Of a stretch of DNA of 64,000 bases, positions 1-11,289 are shown in pieces (position 1 is the first letter of the stretch; each line of letters opens with the position of its first letter). This stretch comes from Octopus vulgaris (lineage: Eukaryota): NCBI GenBank assembly GCA_951406725.2, contig OX597818.1, positions 72,788,001 to 72,852,000 on the forward strand, in the 5' to 3' direction. The translations under genes and the position numbers were made by a program. The notes beneath the pieces were generated by a model, which was given only the letters and a program-made list of their open reading frames with translations, was not told the origin of the DNA and ran no database searches.

Positions 1-114
1 TAACAAATTTGTATTGTTATCATCCCTGGAATGCGGATTATGGTTACTAAAAGTATGTTAGTTGTAGAAACGCACGTAGCGGTACATTAAAACAATTATA
101 AATTCTATTTTTGG

Positions 115-173
<59 letters not shown>
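115..173. repeat. (TTA)n microsatellite
   Basis: Direct reading; abuts the 3' tail of a minus-strand SINE. Confidence 0.95.
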
Positions 174-174
174 G

Positions 175-520
175 CTTTTACTTGTTTCAATCATTTGACT
201 GCGGCGATACTGCAGCCCTGCCTTTAGTCGAACAAATCGACCTCAGGACCTATTGTTTGTAAGAATGGTACTTATTCTATCGGTCTCTTTTGCCGAACCG
301 CTGCGTTACGGGGTCGTAAATACACCAACATCGGTTGTCAAACGTAGGTGGTGGACCAAACTCAGACACAAATATATATATACACGACGGGCTTCGTTCA
401 GTTTCCTTTTGCCAAATCCACTTACAAGGCTTTGGTCGGCCCCAGGCTACACTAGAAGACATTTGCCCAACGTTCTACGCTGTGGAACTGAACCCGAAAC
501 CATGTGGTTGGGAAGCAATC
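175..520 (-). mobile_element. tRNA-derived SINE (major family in this window), head cut by a LINE-derived insertion
   Basis: Reverse complement aligns by eye to full copies at 22640, 23611 and 63066 (GTGGATTTGG...GGAAACTGAA, GGTTCGGCAAAAGAGACCGATAGAATAAGT, CGCAGTCAAATGATTGAAACAAG). Confidence 0.85.
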
Positions 521-2125
521 TACTTTATTTCATGAAGTTGGTCATGTAGGCCTTACATAGAGGGGACAGCACAAGGTGGGGACAAAAAACAAAAGGAATC
601 GAAAGAATGAATTAATATAATGAAAGATGAAATGAAACTGTTCGGCCCGCACCCTCAAGCAACTTCATTGAACCTGTTAATACAACAGTTTTTAAACACT
701 AGTTTCTAACATAAATTTTAGCGACAGCTAATCATCATTGCTCTGAAGGATAGTTGCATTGTGCGTCTTTAAAATATCATAAGCACTTTCTTTTTTAGGT
801 ACTGAGCTGGTGTCCAGTTTCTTGACCCAGCACTCATAGTCACTTTTTTCCTCAAAGTCCTTTAATCTTGCCACTACACAACGAAGGTACACGGGCATCC
901 CTTTTACTCTTGATACATCCACGAGTCTATTTCGTTATACATTTCTTCATTTTCACCACTGTACACTATAACACATTTTTCCAAGGGTGAGGGTGGGGGA
1001 ATTGGAGGCTTCCGTGTGTTTATGCATGTGTTTATGTCAGGCATGGTATAGAAAGGGCTGATGTCTGCAGGGAATGTTTAGGGTCGAATGGGAGCTGGTT
1101 GGGAGCTGGATGGGGTCCTCCTTTACAGCGTGTGCCTTTTTTCCCTTCTCTTTTTCCTTGCCGTTTCCCATTCATTGTCCATCTTTTCTTCGACGCTGGT
1201 ACTGATCTTTATTTGCGGTACTGCTTCACACTCCTTTTCTTCAACCTCCACGAACACTGGAGCATCAACCACATTCTCATACTCTTGTCTCTCTTTAGTC
1301 TTCTCAAGTGGTAGAGGACAATTCGCTCTAATGTGGTATTTTATACCACATTTGTAGCACCGCGGAATCCTACTTTCCACTCTGACTTTCAAGGTTGCCT
1401 CTCCGACTGTGATGATCTCGACCATCACAGTCTTCTTCGGCAACTTGCACCACCATATCAAGGCTTTGTCCTTGCCGGTTCCTGTGGGGTGTTCTGGTGG
1501 CCTTGATGGCCACCACCTTCTCCTCCATGCCTAGCAGTATGCCAGCTAGCAGCCAAGATACATTTACTTCAGGAGGTATTCCCACTATCCTAACCTGGAT
1601 GCGCGTCTCCCAAGCCATACGGATAGCAGAAACCACTTAATCAGTTCTCAATGGTGTTACTGAATAAAACCTGGCGATTGCTACCTCCCGAAATCACACT
1701 AAATTTTCTATCTCTGGCGAGGTTTAAGCGCTTTTTCCACTTGAGACGTTGACATAACTTCAATCCTCCTGGCTGCTATCGAGTATGCTCTATAAATTAT
1801 AGATTTCTAATTTTTCTCCTTTAACACTTCTTGGGGGGGGGCACTTTCACGTCGTTCCCCTCCCTTTTAAGCATTTCCTTTAACTTGCTCAGCTCTTCCA
1901 GTTTTATTTTTTCAATTTTTTCTTCTCTCGTAGTCGCTGCATAATTTTTCTTGTCCATCCTTGCCCGTCTTGTTCAAGTACTCAGCCAATTTATTTATAC
2001 AGACGAATCACATTCTAGGGAAGAACACCTCAACTTTTCCCAAATTCTCGTTCGACGCCCCTCCATCAGTAGAGGAAAAATGTCGCATAGATAAAAAAGA
2101 AACACGTCAGTCTCCCTCAAAACCA
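521..2125 (-). mobile_element. Degenerate Tx1/L1-like element carrying ORF1 (CCHC zinc knuckle) and a 3' end, no ORF2 seen
   Basis: ORF pieces 1370-1636 (VRIVGIPPEVNVSWLLA) and 1123-1461 (PRCYKCGIKYHIRANC) resemble ORF1 of the element at 55805-59110; minus-strand AATAAA at the 521 end. Confidence 0.7.
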
Positions 2126-2129
2126 ACAA

Positions 2130-2400
2130 CCTAAATGAAACCTGGGTAACCAGAAGCAAGTTTCTTACTACGCAGCCACGCATGTAACATGTATTCTGAC
2201 TCTTTTTTTCTTTTACTAGTTTCAGTCATTTCACCGGTGCCATACTGGAGCAACGCGTTTTAGTCGAAGAAATGGATCCACAACTTATTCTATCGGTCAC
2301 TACTCCCCAGCCACTAAGTTATTGGGATATAAACACACCAGAATCGGCTGCCGAGCGATGGTGGGAGGACAAATACAGACACAAAGACACATACACATAC
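2130..2400 (-). mobile_element. SINE fragments (head ~2130-2182, body ~2205-2400)
   Basis: Matches SINE consensus segments (CTTACTACGCAGCCAC; TTTCAGTCATTT...CTGGAGCA). Confidence 0.65.
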
Positions 2401-2435
2401 ATAAATATGTATATATATATATATATATATATATC

Positions 2436-3151
2436 TAAAATAATATGTGACAATTGTTCGGTAGCCAAGATAAAACTCTGAGTTTCATATGCCGAGGTGG
2501 AAATCCACAACACCATCTATTCGGTTATAAATAAAGAAGAGGAAAAATAGAAATAAGAAGATCATCTTGTTCACACCTCCCTACTCACCCGAGGTGACCT
2601 TCAATATAGGTAAATATTTCTTAGCACTGATAGATAGACATTTTCCAGTTAACCGTACTAACAGGTAGCTCTTCAATAAACACAATTTAAAAATTAGTTT
2701 TAGTTCAACTACCAATTTTAAAAATATAATCGCACATAACACACAAAAACCACAACACAAAAACAGCTGTTCATGCAGGAATAAAAAATTGTGCCCGCTA
2801 TATGGAGCTTGCATGTCCGGGACCATCATCTATGAAGCTACCGTGGACTCTATACCTACTAAAGACACCGTTTCGACGAAGAAATACGTGGGCCTTACAG
2901 AGGGTAATTTCAAGGCCAGGTTCAATAACCACACCATGAGTTTTAGGCACTGGGAAAATTATAATTATTTAAAGGCGTTTTGCAGATGGCCAGATAACCG
3001 AAGAGATGGTGCTGTGGATTTCCACCTCGGCATCTGAAACTCAGTTTTATCTTGGCTACCGAATAATTGTCACATATCATTTTACAGAGAATTTCCTCTA
3101 TTTACATAATATTGAGGTCTCTTTCTTTCTTTTGTTATCTTACCGTTTTTA

Positions 3152-3153
<2 letters not shown>
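2436..3153 (+). mobile_element. Penelope-like element fragment with GIY-YIG remnant and inverted terminal segment, between (TA)n tracts
   Basis: 2789-2960 encodes CPLYGAC...IIYEATV...KKYVGLTEGNFKARFNNHTMSFRH (PLE GIY-YIG). 2436-2528 is the reverse complement of ~2995-3085. Confidence 0.85.
2989..3056 (+). ncRNA. Hammerhead-like motif (type I, CCGAAGA core variant)
   Basis: GCCAGATAA-CCGAAGA-GATG...CATCT-GAAAC-TCA-GTT-TTATCTTGGC; stem I arms pair. The inverted copy has stem III ACTCAGAGT. Confidence 0.55.
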
Positions 3154-3185
<32 letters not shown>

Positions 3186-3231
3186 TGAATTGAAGAAATG
3201 GAGCTGAACGAAGATTGAACAGAAATCGTTT

Positions 3232-3324
3232 TATTTCATTCTACACGTGTTTCGAAAGGCACAATTTACCAAAATCCGATTGAATAATGAGACCATATTG
3301 TGTCTTTCTCTTCAGGAAGAAATA
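3232..3324 (-). ncRNA. Minimal type I hammerhead ribozyme
   Basis: Reverse complement of the 3601-3693 motif. Confidence 0.75.
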
Positions 3325-3600
3325 GGAAATCCGTTGGAAAAAACAAAAACAGAACAGAGGCGGAGCAAAACAAATCGAACTAGGCTCCTAAGAGCCCATG
3401 GCAAAACTGTTTATCAGTGTATGTTGAGAACCGGTGGTTGAAGATTTTGACAGGAATGACCGCTGCCTGACCCGTCAAAATCTTCAACCACCGGTTCTCA
3501 ACATACACTGATAAACAGTTTTGCCATGGGCTCTTATGAGCCTAGTTCGATTTGTTTTGCTCCGCCTCTGTTCTGTTTTTGTTTTTTCCAACGGATTTCC

Positions 3601-3693
3601 TATTTCTTCCTGAAGAGAAAGACACAATATGGTCTCATTATTCAATCGGATTTTGGTAAATTGTGCCTTTCGAAACACGTGTAGAATGAAATA
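3601..3693 (+). ncRNA. Minimal type I hammerhead ribozyme
   Basis: TATTTCTTC-CTGAAGA(3610-3616)-GAAAG.CACAAT...ATTGTG.CTTTC-GAAAC-ACGT-GTA(3681-3683)-GAATGAAATA; canonical core, stems I and II pair, palindromic stem III. Confidence 0.78.
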
Positions 3694-3899
3694 AAACGAT
3701 TTCTGTTCAATCTTCGTTCAGCTCCATTTCTTCAATTCACCAATAATATTTTAATTTCAATTATCCGCACCAACGCACGGTTGCAACACTATATGGTTGT
3801 ACCTCCAACCGTGCTGTCTTCTGCTGTGATTTTTGCTACCAAGGTATCGGTTAAACTTTTGATTAATCTGCTACAAGATTATTCATCTTTCTATTTCAC

Positions 3900-3945
<46 letters not shown>

Positions 3946-3948
<3 letters not shown>

Positions 3949-4089
3949 GTTATCGCCATACTAATATGGCATTCTTATAAAAATAAGAATAAAGCTGTCC
4001 ACTTATTAGCTCCATATTAGTATGGCGATAACTATTATTTTCCGGGAACGCTGCCGCTGTTCTCTTTTAGAGAGACTTAGTAATTTTAA

Positions 4090-4095
<6 letters not shown>
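3946..4095. mobile_element. Short (TA)n-flanked repeat with internal inversion; family member at 30940-31222
   Basis: ATAGTTATCGCCATACTAATATGG ... CCATATTAGTATGGCGATAACTAT; same start at 30940; TTTTAGAGAGACTTAG here is inverted at ~31204-31219. Confidence 0.65.
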
Positions 4096-4134
<39 letters not shown>

Positions 4135-4207
4135 ATATATATTTGAAATGAGTCCTTGTAATGCATCATCTCTGGATACCCTGTTACTTATAGGGTATCC
4201 AGAGATG

Positions 4208-4295
4208 ATGCATTACAATCGTTTCAAGCGACTCCATTCAAATGAACAATGCAATCATTACATCAATTTAAATGCAGAGCAATCATCAGCTGCAT
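4208..4295 (-). ncRNA. Type I hammerhead motif
   Basis: Minus strand: ATGCAG-CTGATGA-long stem II region-GAAAC-GATT-GTA-ATGCAT. Confidence 0.6.
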
Positions 4296-4898
4296 AAATA
4301 CATAGAATTCAATTAATTTTACGTAAAACCTCCAAAAACAAGGAGAATGAGAAAGATCATGCTGTCTTCACTTAGAAGCTACTAAGGTATCAGAAAGAAA
4401 GACTTGTTAGAGATCTACCTTTTTTAGGGTCAGTTTTAATTTATAGTCTTGTTTATCAAATCTTTGTATATCAAAAATCTAAGGCCAAGGAACAAAGAGC
4501 AGTGTCTGTTAGGAAAGGGGCTGAGGGAGTCGACAGAAATCATAGTGGGCATAGTCATAAAACCATCAGGATTATTTTGAAGCAATATGAGATTTGGTAA
4601 AGATAATCTTAAGTCAAGAAGTTAGTTGTCAATTAAATGGGCAAGACTCTAGTAAATCAATGATGATAATACAGGGTAAATTTTGTCATGGGGTACTATA
4701 GTTGAATATTTTAAACAATATTGCTATATTGTATAAAGTTAAAATTTAGGATTATCAAGAAGATTATTAAGAAGAATATTTCTTCCTAATACCTTTGTAG
4801 CTTCTAAGCTGAAGTGAAGACAGCATATTCTTTGTCTATCTCCTTACCTGTTTGGAAGTTTTAGGTAAAATTATAGTAATGTGTCCATCTATGTATTT

Positions 4899-4986
4899 AT
4901 GCAGCTGAGGATTGCTCTGCATTTAAATTGATGTAATGTTTGCATTGTTCAATTAAATGGAATCGCTTGAAACGACCGTAATGCAT
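4899..4986 (+). ncRNA. Type I hammerhead motif
   Basis: ATGCAG-CTGAGGA(4905-4911)...GAAAC(4969-4973)-GACC-GTA-ATGCAT. Confidence 0.6.
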
Positions 4987-5124
4987 TACCTCTGGATATC
5001 CTGTGGCTTATTTTGATTTTAATCACTTTATTTTGAAACTGGATGGATAATACCATACTAAATTCTGGCGTTTTAACTTAAGTACCTAATTGATATGAAT
5101 CTAAATTTTTGTATATATATATAA

Positions 5125-5577
5125 CACCCTCACACCACACCACACTACACCATACCACACAACACACCACCACACACACGCCAGCATTGACCAAATCCCA
5201 TCCCCACCTTTTCACACCTACACATACACACACACACACACGTCAAGATCACCAGCCCTCTTTCACACGCACATACGTACACTCTTACACACACGCGCAC
5301 CTACGTTTTGGGATCACTACTACTTTGTTGTCACCCCTACTTCTTAGCTCTCCTGTGTGGCCCTTCTCTCCGGCATTCGCCATGATTGATCGGTTGCTAC
5401 TACACACATTTTTTCTCTCTGCGTTTCTCTCCTTGTTTCTTTCTGTGTTCCTTTCTGTGGAAGAGCGTAGGCGCGAAACGTTAAAGCCGTTTTCAATTCC
5501 TGAGCGTAATACTAATACGTCTGTTTGTTTTCTACACCACCTGCCTACGTCTTTTGTTTTTTCGTGAATTCTCCTTA
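5125..5577 (+). mobile_element. PLE 3' region, GAAGAGCGTAGGCTCGAAACGT family
   Basis: 3' ~180 bp recurs at 13555, 27910 and 38787. Upstream part (CACGTCAAG...CAGCCCTCTT) matches the GIY-YIG-bearing piece at 51315-51955. Confidence 0.75.
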
Positions 5578-5589
5578 TATATATATATA

Positions 5590-6290
5590 TAATGTGCAAT
5601 CGATACATTTATAGAATCCTGTGGTAGCCACATAATAATCCAAAACGGAGGTGTATAACGTAGAGCCATATGCAGGTAAACTCCTGTAGATCCAATCTGT
5701 GAAATTATTTCAAAGGAATATATAGAACGTAAAATTGTCAGAAGGTATTAAGAATGAATACATATCTTGATATCCGTAGGATAACGGCCGTTTCGTAGTC
5801 TTCATCATGTAATAATAATTATTCTTTTATTTCAGTGTATAATAAATTATATTACATGTTTACACTAAGGTGCACTCTATAAATTGCGTAGTACATCAAT
5901 ACAGATATAGAGGCCTAGCTCCTAAGATCAACAGAATGTCCTGGTTAGATCAATTTTTCAACTCTGTTATATTAATGTAAAATCATCTACATATATAGAA
6001 TATATCTACGACCTATAACTGATATAACTTTTAATACAGGGAGGAGGAAAGTAGATGTAGGGAGATATTAGAAAGGAAATGGTGAGTTGTGGTGATACAG
6101 GTGAAGGCGACAGCGAGTATAAAAGGTAGAGGAGCCAGTAAACTGGCGTTAATGAGCTAGAGACAATAATAATTGTTGAAATAGTCATCTCTTTAATGAC
6201 CGCACCAATCTATGTCTACATCTTCAGCACTATATAGTTTTTTTGCATATACCTTAAAAGTTTCGCACTTTATTAATATAGAAGAATCCC
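5590..6290 (-). mobile_element. Probable PLE 3' region with degenerate HHR-like motif
   Basis: Minus strand ATGATGA-AGACTAC-GAAAC-GGCC-GTT at ~5783-5810; pyrimidine-rich upstream sequence; ends at (TA)n. Confidence 0.4.
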
Positions 6291-6368
6291 TAATTTTGCT
6301 GCTTTAATCATACTGGCAGATTCAATCTAGCAGAAGTGATTGCATCATCGCATTTATAAATCTACACA

Positions 6369-6425
<57 letters not shown>

Positions 6426-6581
6426 ATATTAAACGGTTGTAGTGTTAAATTGTCTGTATGTACACATACTTTATTGTGCATATGCATGTAACTATGAGTA
6501 TATGTGTTTGTGTATCTATAGGCCCTTTTCCTGTTATGCATGTTTATATGTACGTATGTATATATATATATATATATATAT

Positions 6582-6628
<47 letters not shown>

Positions 6629-6906
6629 TACATCTATATATGTATATGTGTGTGTGTGTCGAATACTGATAACATGTACGTATTTAAGGCATTCGAATAT
6701 TAAATAACTGGCTTTGCGATAATTTCGAATATATGACTCATATTAATAAGACGCTGGCCTATCCTTACTTGGATAAACGCGTTGTAATGCAATACACGGA
6801 TAGGATTGTAATTGTGAACCTGGACGACACTGAGTCGTAAACATGCGATAAAATGTAAATGTATTACATCGAATCATACTACTGAATGCAGAGATATATA
6901 CTCACA

Positions 6907-7070
6907 TGTATGTATGTATGTATGTATGTATGTATGTATGTATGTATGTATGTATGTATGTATGTATGTATGTATGTATGTATGTATGTATTTGTGTGTG
7001 TATGTATGTATGTATGCATGTATGTGTGTGTGTGTGTATGTACGTATGTATGTATGTATGTATATATGTT
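6907..7070. repeat. (TATG)n microsatellite
   Basis: Direct reading. Confidence 0.95.
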
Positions 7071-7279
7071 AAAGGCATGAAATTGCTTAGAACCTTTGAC
7101 CGATAACTAATGAGGATTTGGCAACCTTCTGTGACTGCTTTCTTTTTGTTGTTGCTTATGTATTATATACATAAGAAAAATTAAAAACCATTCCCTACAT
7201 CTCTACCCACAACCCACTTAACAATGAGGCCTTCAGCACCATACTATAAAGCACAGCTCTACTAAAGGGAGACCCAAAG

Positions 7280-7810
7280 ATGAACCGGATCCTCGAAACA
7301 CATACTATCATTAAAAGTAAACGGCAACCAAAATCCTTGAAAAGGATTTTAACCCAAGCTAAACTGCACTCAACATCAACCACAAAACCAGCAGTTAGAA
7401 AATGTGGAAGGCCCAACTGCGGAATCTGTGTCATCTTGGTAGAAGGTTCAGAATTTATACTAGAACAAGGCCATCAGTTCATCATTATAACAAACTTCAC
7501 CTGTGCATCAGAAAACATAATTTACGTCTTAACATGCGCAGGCTGCAATAGGCAGTATATAGGCCATACAAAAAATAGCTTACGTAAAAGGACGGCGGTG
7601 CATAAATCCCAAATTAGAAACCCTGAATACCGGAAAATACCGGTCAGCGGACACATAGATAGATGTGCTACAAATGAAAATCCGAAATTTACAACTTACC
7701 CACTTTACAAATTCAGTGACAACGTAACCTTCACCCAACGCCAAAATAAAGAACTTTATTTCATCAAAAAATTTAGACAAAGTTTGAACACCCTGGGCCA
7801 GGAATATTAA
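7280..7810 (+). pseudogene. PLE GIY-YIG endonuclease C-terminal ORF with Cys linker (Neptune-type, inferred)
   Basis: KCGRPNCGIC...FTCASENIIYVLTCAGCNRQYIGHTKNSLRKRTAVH...KELYFIKKFRQSLN. Confidence 0.9.
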
Positions 7811-8719
7811 AACAAAACATTGGTCTTCCGAAAAGGAAAAATGAAATTCTACCACAACCACCACGACCACTACGTCTGCTTCCACTAGCACTACAATCAC
7901 CGTGTTCACTACTATTGCTGCTACGATCAACAGCCCTCTACTACTACTGCTGTTGCTACGGCCACAGTGTGAGAATTAAAATAGTAAAAAAAGGGTGGAG
8001 GTGGGGGAATTACAATTTCTCAGATCGTTAAACAGTCACTCTCGCTTGCAGTGGTATGTTTTAGGGAAAGATGAATTTATAAAAAATATTTTTTCTGCGA
8101 GCAGATCTGATTTTGATTCGTTAAAAAATTGATGACGTTTTTCTTCCGTGGTCAAGCTTGTCGCTCTGCTTGGTTGGTTTCCTTACAGGATACAGTTATG
8201 GGTCTTTTCCTTGTATTTGTTGAAGTTTGGTTTTGATTAGTTTGGAATTATGTGACGTCAGTGAACAGTGCCAGTGAACCGACCACTATTGCTGCTACGA
8301 TCAACAGTCCTCTACTACTGCTGCTGCTGCCACGGCCACAGCTTAACTGCTACAACCCCAACCACCACCAAGGTTGCCAAAATTACGACCAACAGTAACA
8401 GCCACAGGTTACTACTACTACGACCAACAATCAATACTGTTGCTACCATTGGAACACAAGGTAACAAAAAAGCGGTTCCTTTTGATACCAGCAAGAAACA
8501 ATAATGGACTTCTTCACTACACTCAACAGTAATATAGCGATTATACCAACTACTGACAAAACACCACCACATGGATTCGATTGAGAACAGTAAGAAACGA
8601 TTATGAACTTTTCTATTGCACTTTTTATAATATATTTGATGAAGTTTGTTTTTTCAAGAACATGGATTCTATTGAGACCAGTAAGAAACGATTATGAACT
8701 TTTCCATTGCACTTTTTAT

Positions 8720-8768
8720 AATATTTTTGATAAGGTTCTTTTTTTCAAGAATCGAAACATGTAAAATT
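8720..8768 (+). ncRNA. Minimal type I hammerhead, U3-A8 core variant
   Basis: AATATTT-TTGATAA(8727-8733)-GGTTCTT/AAGAATC stem II-GAAAC-AT-GTA-AAATT. Confidence 0.65.
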
Positions 8769-8820
8769 CATAAGAAAATTAAAATTTATCTAATATAGTG
8801 GCGTTTTCAAACTTCTTTTT

Positions 8821-8868
<48 letters not shown>

Positions 8869-8895
8869 TTTATTTAAAGCAGCAGAAAATTCAAC

Positions 8896-8943
8896 AAAAT
8901 CTGGTACTCTGAGTTTCTCGTTGCCGTTCATCAGACAGTTTTT
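8896..8943 (-). ncRNA. Minimal type I hammerhead in a ~75-bp insert between TA repeats
   Basis: Minus strand AAAACTGT-CTGATGA-ACG GCAA CGA-GAAAC-TCAGA-GTA-CCAGATTTT; stem III ACTC/GAGT. Confidence 0.7.
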
Positions 8944-10873
8944 ATATATAGTATGTATTTGCTAACTTATGTATGTATATACATGCATATAAATAGAAAG
9001 GTAGATAAATAGCTAGATAACCAGAGAGAGAGAAAGGGGGAGAGAGAGAAGAAGAAGGAACTGGGTCAAAGCTGTAACTAGAAACTGACAACATTTCTCT
9101 ATCTCTATAACAACGGTAGCAGTGCCCCACACCACTTATTCCTGGCGCAACATTATTAATGTAAAATATATTTGATAAGCAGATAAATTGTTCATTTAGT
9201 TCATTTACCTATTGACCCATATAACTAGCAGATTGTTTTAAAATTGTATTACGTAGATATTCGAGGCATTATTTATACTTGAAACGATTGTAAATGCTAT
9301 CATATTATTAGGGCACTTCACCTCAAGCTAATTTCCGGACAGTTGCCATTTGAAGACACTTCTAAATGTCTTTTATCATTTTAATGACGAACTCCAACAA
9401 TATTGACAAAAGAAACTTTTACAATTAATCTTAATAAACACTTACAAAATGCCAGAATTGATTAATAATGGACATGTACTTGACAATCAATTTACTTATC
9501 CATTCATATTGTCATTCTAATAATCATTAATACTCACATCATCCTCATTGTTATCTATGTTTCTATTGTAAAGTTTATTATGCTGTCTGTTTTCTTTGAA
9601 GCGTATTGATTTATTGTATAAAAGAGTGGAGCATTATACTTTTGTGGGCGTTGAATGGTGAATGGCGTTATGCCAGAGGAGAAGCACAACGACTGGACTC
9701 TGATCTTTAATAGAGGTCCAGTGCATGAAGCGACATTCTAACATTTCATTTCAAAATAATAGTTTTTAAACTTTTAATTTGCATCGTGGAGTTATGGATG
9801 TCGTCACAATTCTCTGAATTATTACGTGAATAGCATACAAATGACATCTCTCGAGTTTGAACACGATACATTTGAGCTAACAATCTGCTAGTGGTTTCCT
9901 TAATAAATCTTGAATTATGTCCGAACATTAAATAAGGGAACATATTCTTAAACATGATGGCAATTTCATTAAAGTCTTTAAGACTACTTTTCAATTTCAA
10001 ATTGCAAGGAAGACCTTTCATTGTGCTCAACTAAATCGATTTCTTCACATTGTTTTCCGATTTTTGTATAATTCACGGAGAGTAAAAATGAAATCTAATA
10101 AGAATTTATTGTTTTCACATCAACTAAGATATTATTTCTATCCCTAAACTATAATGGCATCAGCTGTTCTGAGCTAACCGGTTTTGTACTTCAACTACTC
10201 AGGCACGCCTGACCCACTCAAATGTCCACATCTCAATAATCGTTGTGCACCCCGCTGCCCACTCTTGCACTAATCACTATCCTCATTCCTTTTCAGAACA
10301 TTGGCCCCTTGGAATCTCCTCCCTGCTCATATCTTTCCTGTTGGCCTTCACCTGGAATATCGAATGTCCTCCCCTTTTCTCTAGATCCAGCAAGTAAACA
10401 CAAATACTTTAAGAAATAATTCCTGTAGACAACATTGTATCGTATTTGATGTTCTTGATATTAGATAAAATTACAATGGAAAGTGTAAGAAGTAATGACG
10501 GTAAGCATTTTGTCCGATGCGCAAAAAATTTTCCTAGTTCACCGACTTCGTATTATCAATAAAATAATACACAATTAAGCCAAAGTTGGGATTTAAAATG
10601 TAATGAAAGTAGTGGAAAAACTGTATTAAGATTCTTTCTTCTTAACAGTCACAACGGCAGTTCTCTGTCAACTTACAATGCCAATCGCTTGAGAGACCTA
10701 TGTGGTATTGTCATTTATGCTCTAATTGCTGAGGGATATGTAGAGGTATCAGTAATATATTGTGAATATTGAGATCTTAATGTGTAATGACTGAAAGAAT
10801 GTTTCAGTTAACAACACAACTTTGTGTGTGCGTTTAACAGCTAGGGATACAATAGATAGTAAGATATACTTAC

Positions 10874-10983
10874 CTATCTACGCTGATAGCAGTAAGGTTT
10901 AATATAGAAGCTGTACAATACATTACATCACTCGCTACCCATGCATCACAAAGCTGGTCGCTCAGCGTCCACCTTTCTACAAC
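10874..10983 (-). CDS. DRD2: Internal coding exon of a class A biogenic-amine GPCR (ECL1-TM3), most likely D2-like dopamine receptor
   Basis: Acceptor ttttttttctccag, donor AG|gtaagt. The 110 bp encode [37 protein letters not shown](split), with C3.25, D3.32, C3.36 and DR of DRY. Phase-0 start and phase-2 intron in the DRY Arg codon match D2-family gene structure. The symbol means D2-like, not proven orthology. Confidence 0.9.
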
Positions 10984-11119
10984 CTGGAGAAAAAAAAATT
11001 GAAATGAATTAAATACATTATCAATGCTAAACAATATAATAGCATATATATATATGGAAAAAAAGTCAAGGTAGAAAATAATTTTATAAATATTTTATAA
11101 AATAATTTTATAAAACACA

Positions 11120-11160
11120 ATTTGTACCGGTTTCAGTCATTGAAACTTTTTCAACTGTAA
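11120..11160 (-). ncRNA. Hammerhead-like motif, U3-A8 core variant
   Basis: Minus strand TACAG-TTGAAAA-AGT ttcaatg ACT-GAAAC-CG-GTA; stem I weak. Confidence 0.5.
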
Positions 11161-11289
11161 GTATGGAAAACGATTAAATTTTGGCAAAATTACATGAAAA
11201 GTTTTTAAATGAACATTTGCATAGTATTCAAATACAAGGGGCATTTTCCTTGTTTCTGTCTCGAACCCATACTATTACACCTAAGATGT

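Larger units (their letters stand above)
3181..3900 (+). mobile_element. Non-coding PLE-type fold-back element (~270-bp inverted arms plus ~155-bp tail) in (TA)n
   Basis: 3181-3452 is a near-perfect reverse complement of 3473-3744; second family member at 50490-51095; one HHR per arm. Confidence 0.85.
4140..5110 (+). mobile_element. PLE-type fold-back element with an HHR in each arm
   Basis: ~4195-4400 is the diverged reverse complement of ~4777-5001; extra hairpin ~4157-4218; (TA)n at both ends. Confidence 0.75.
7150..8823 (+). mobile_element. 5'-truncated Penelope-like element (GIY-YIG, 3' UTR, HHR, ends at (TA)n)
   Basis: GIY-YIG ORF at 7280-7810; 90-bp tandem duplication ~8570-8750; HHR at 8720-8768. 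Confidence 0.85.

Noticed and set aside
3247-3441. Near-identical 64-aa ORFs (MFRKAQFTK...) at 3247, 3484 and 50632
   Set aside because: Antisense reading of the HHR-containing repeat with a GTG start; identity reflects DNA repetition, not coding.
8570-8750. CRISPR-like or satellite array
   Set aside because: Only a two-copy 90-bp tandem duplication inside a PLE 3' UTR.
9746-10030. 94-aa ORF on the receptor strand near the exon
   Set aside because: No ICL2/TM4 motif (Y.A...P) and no convincing splice boundaries.
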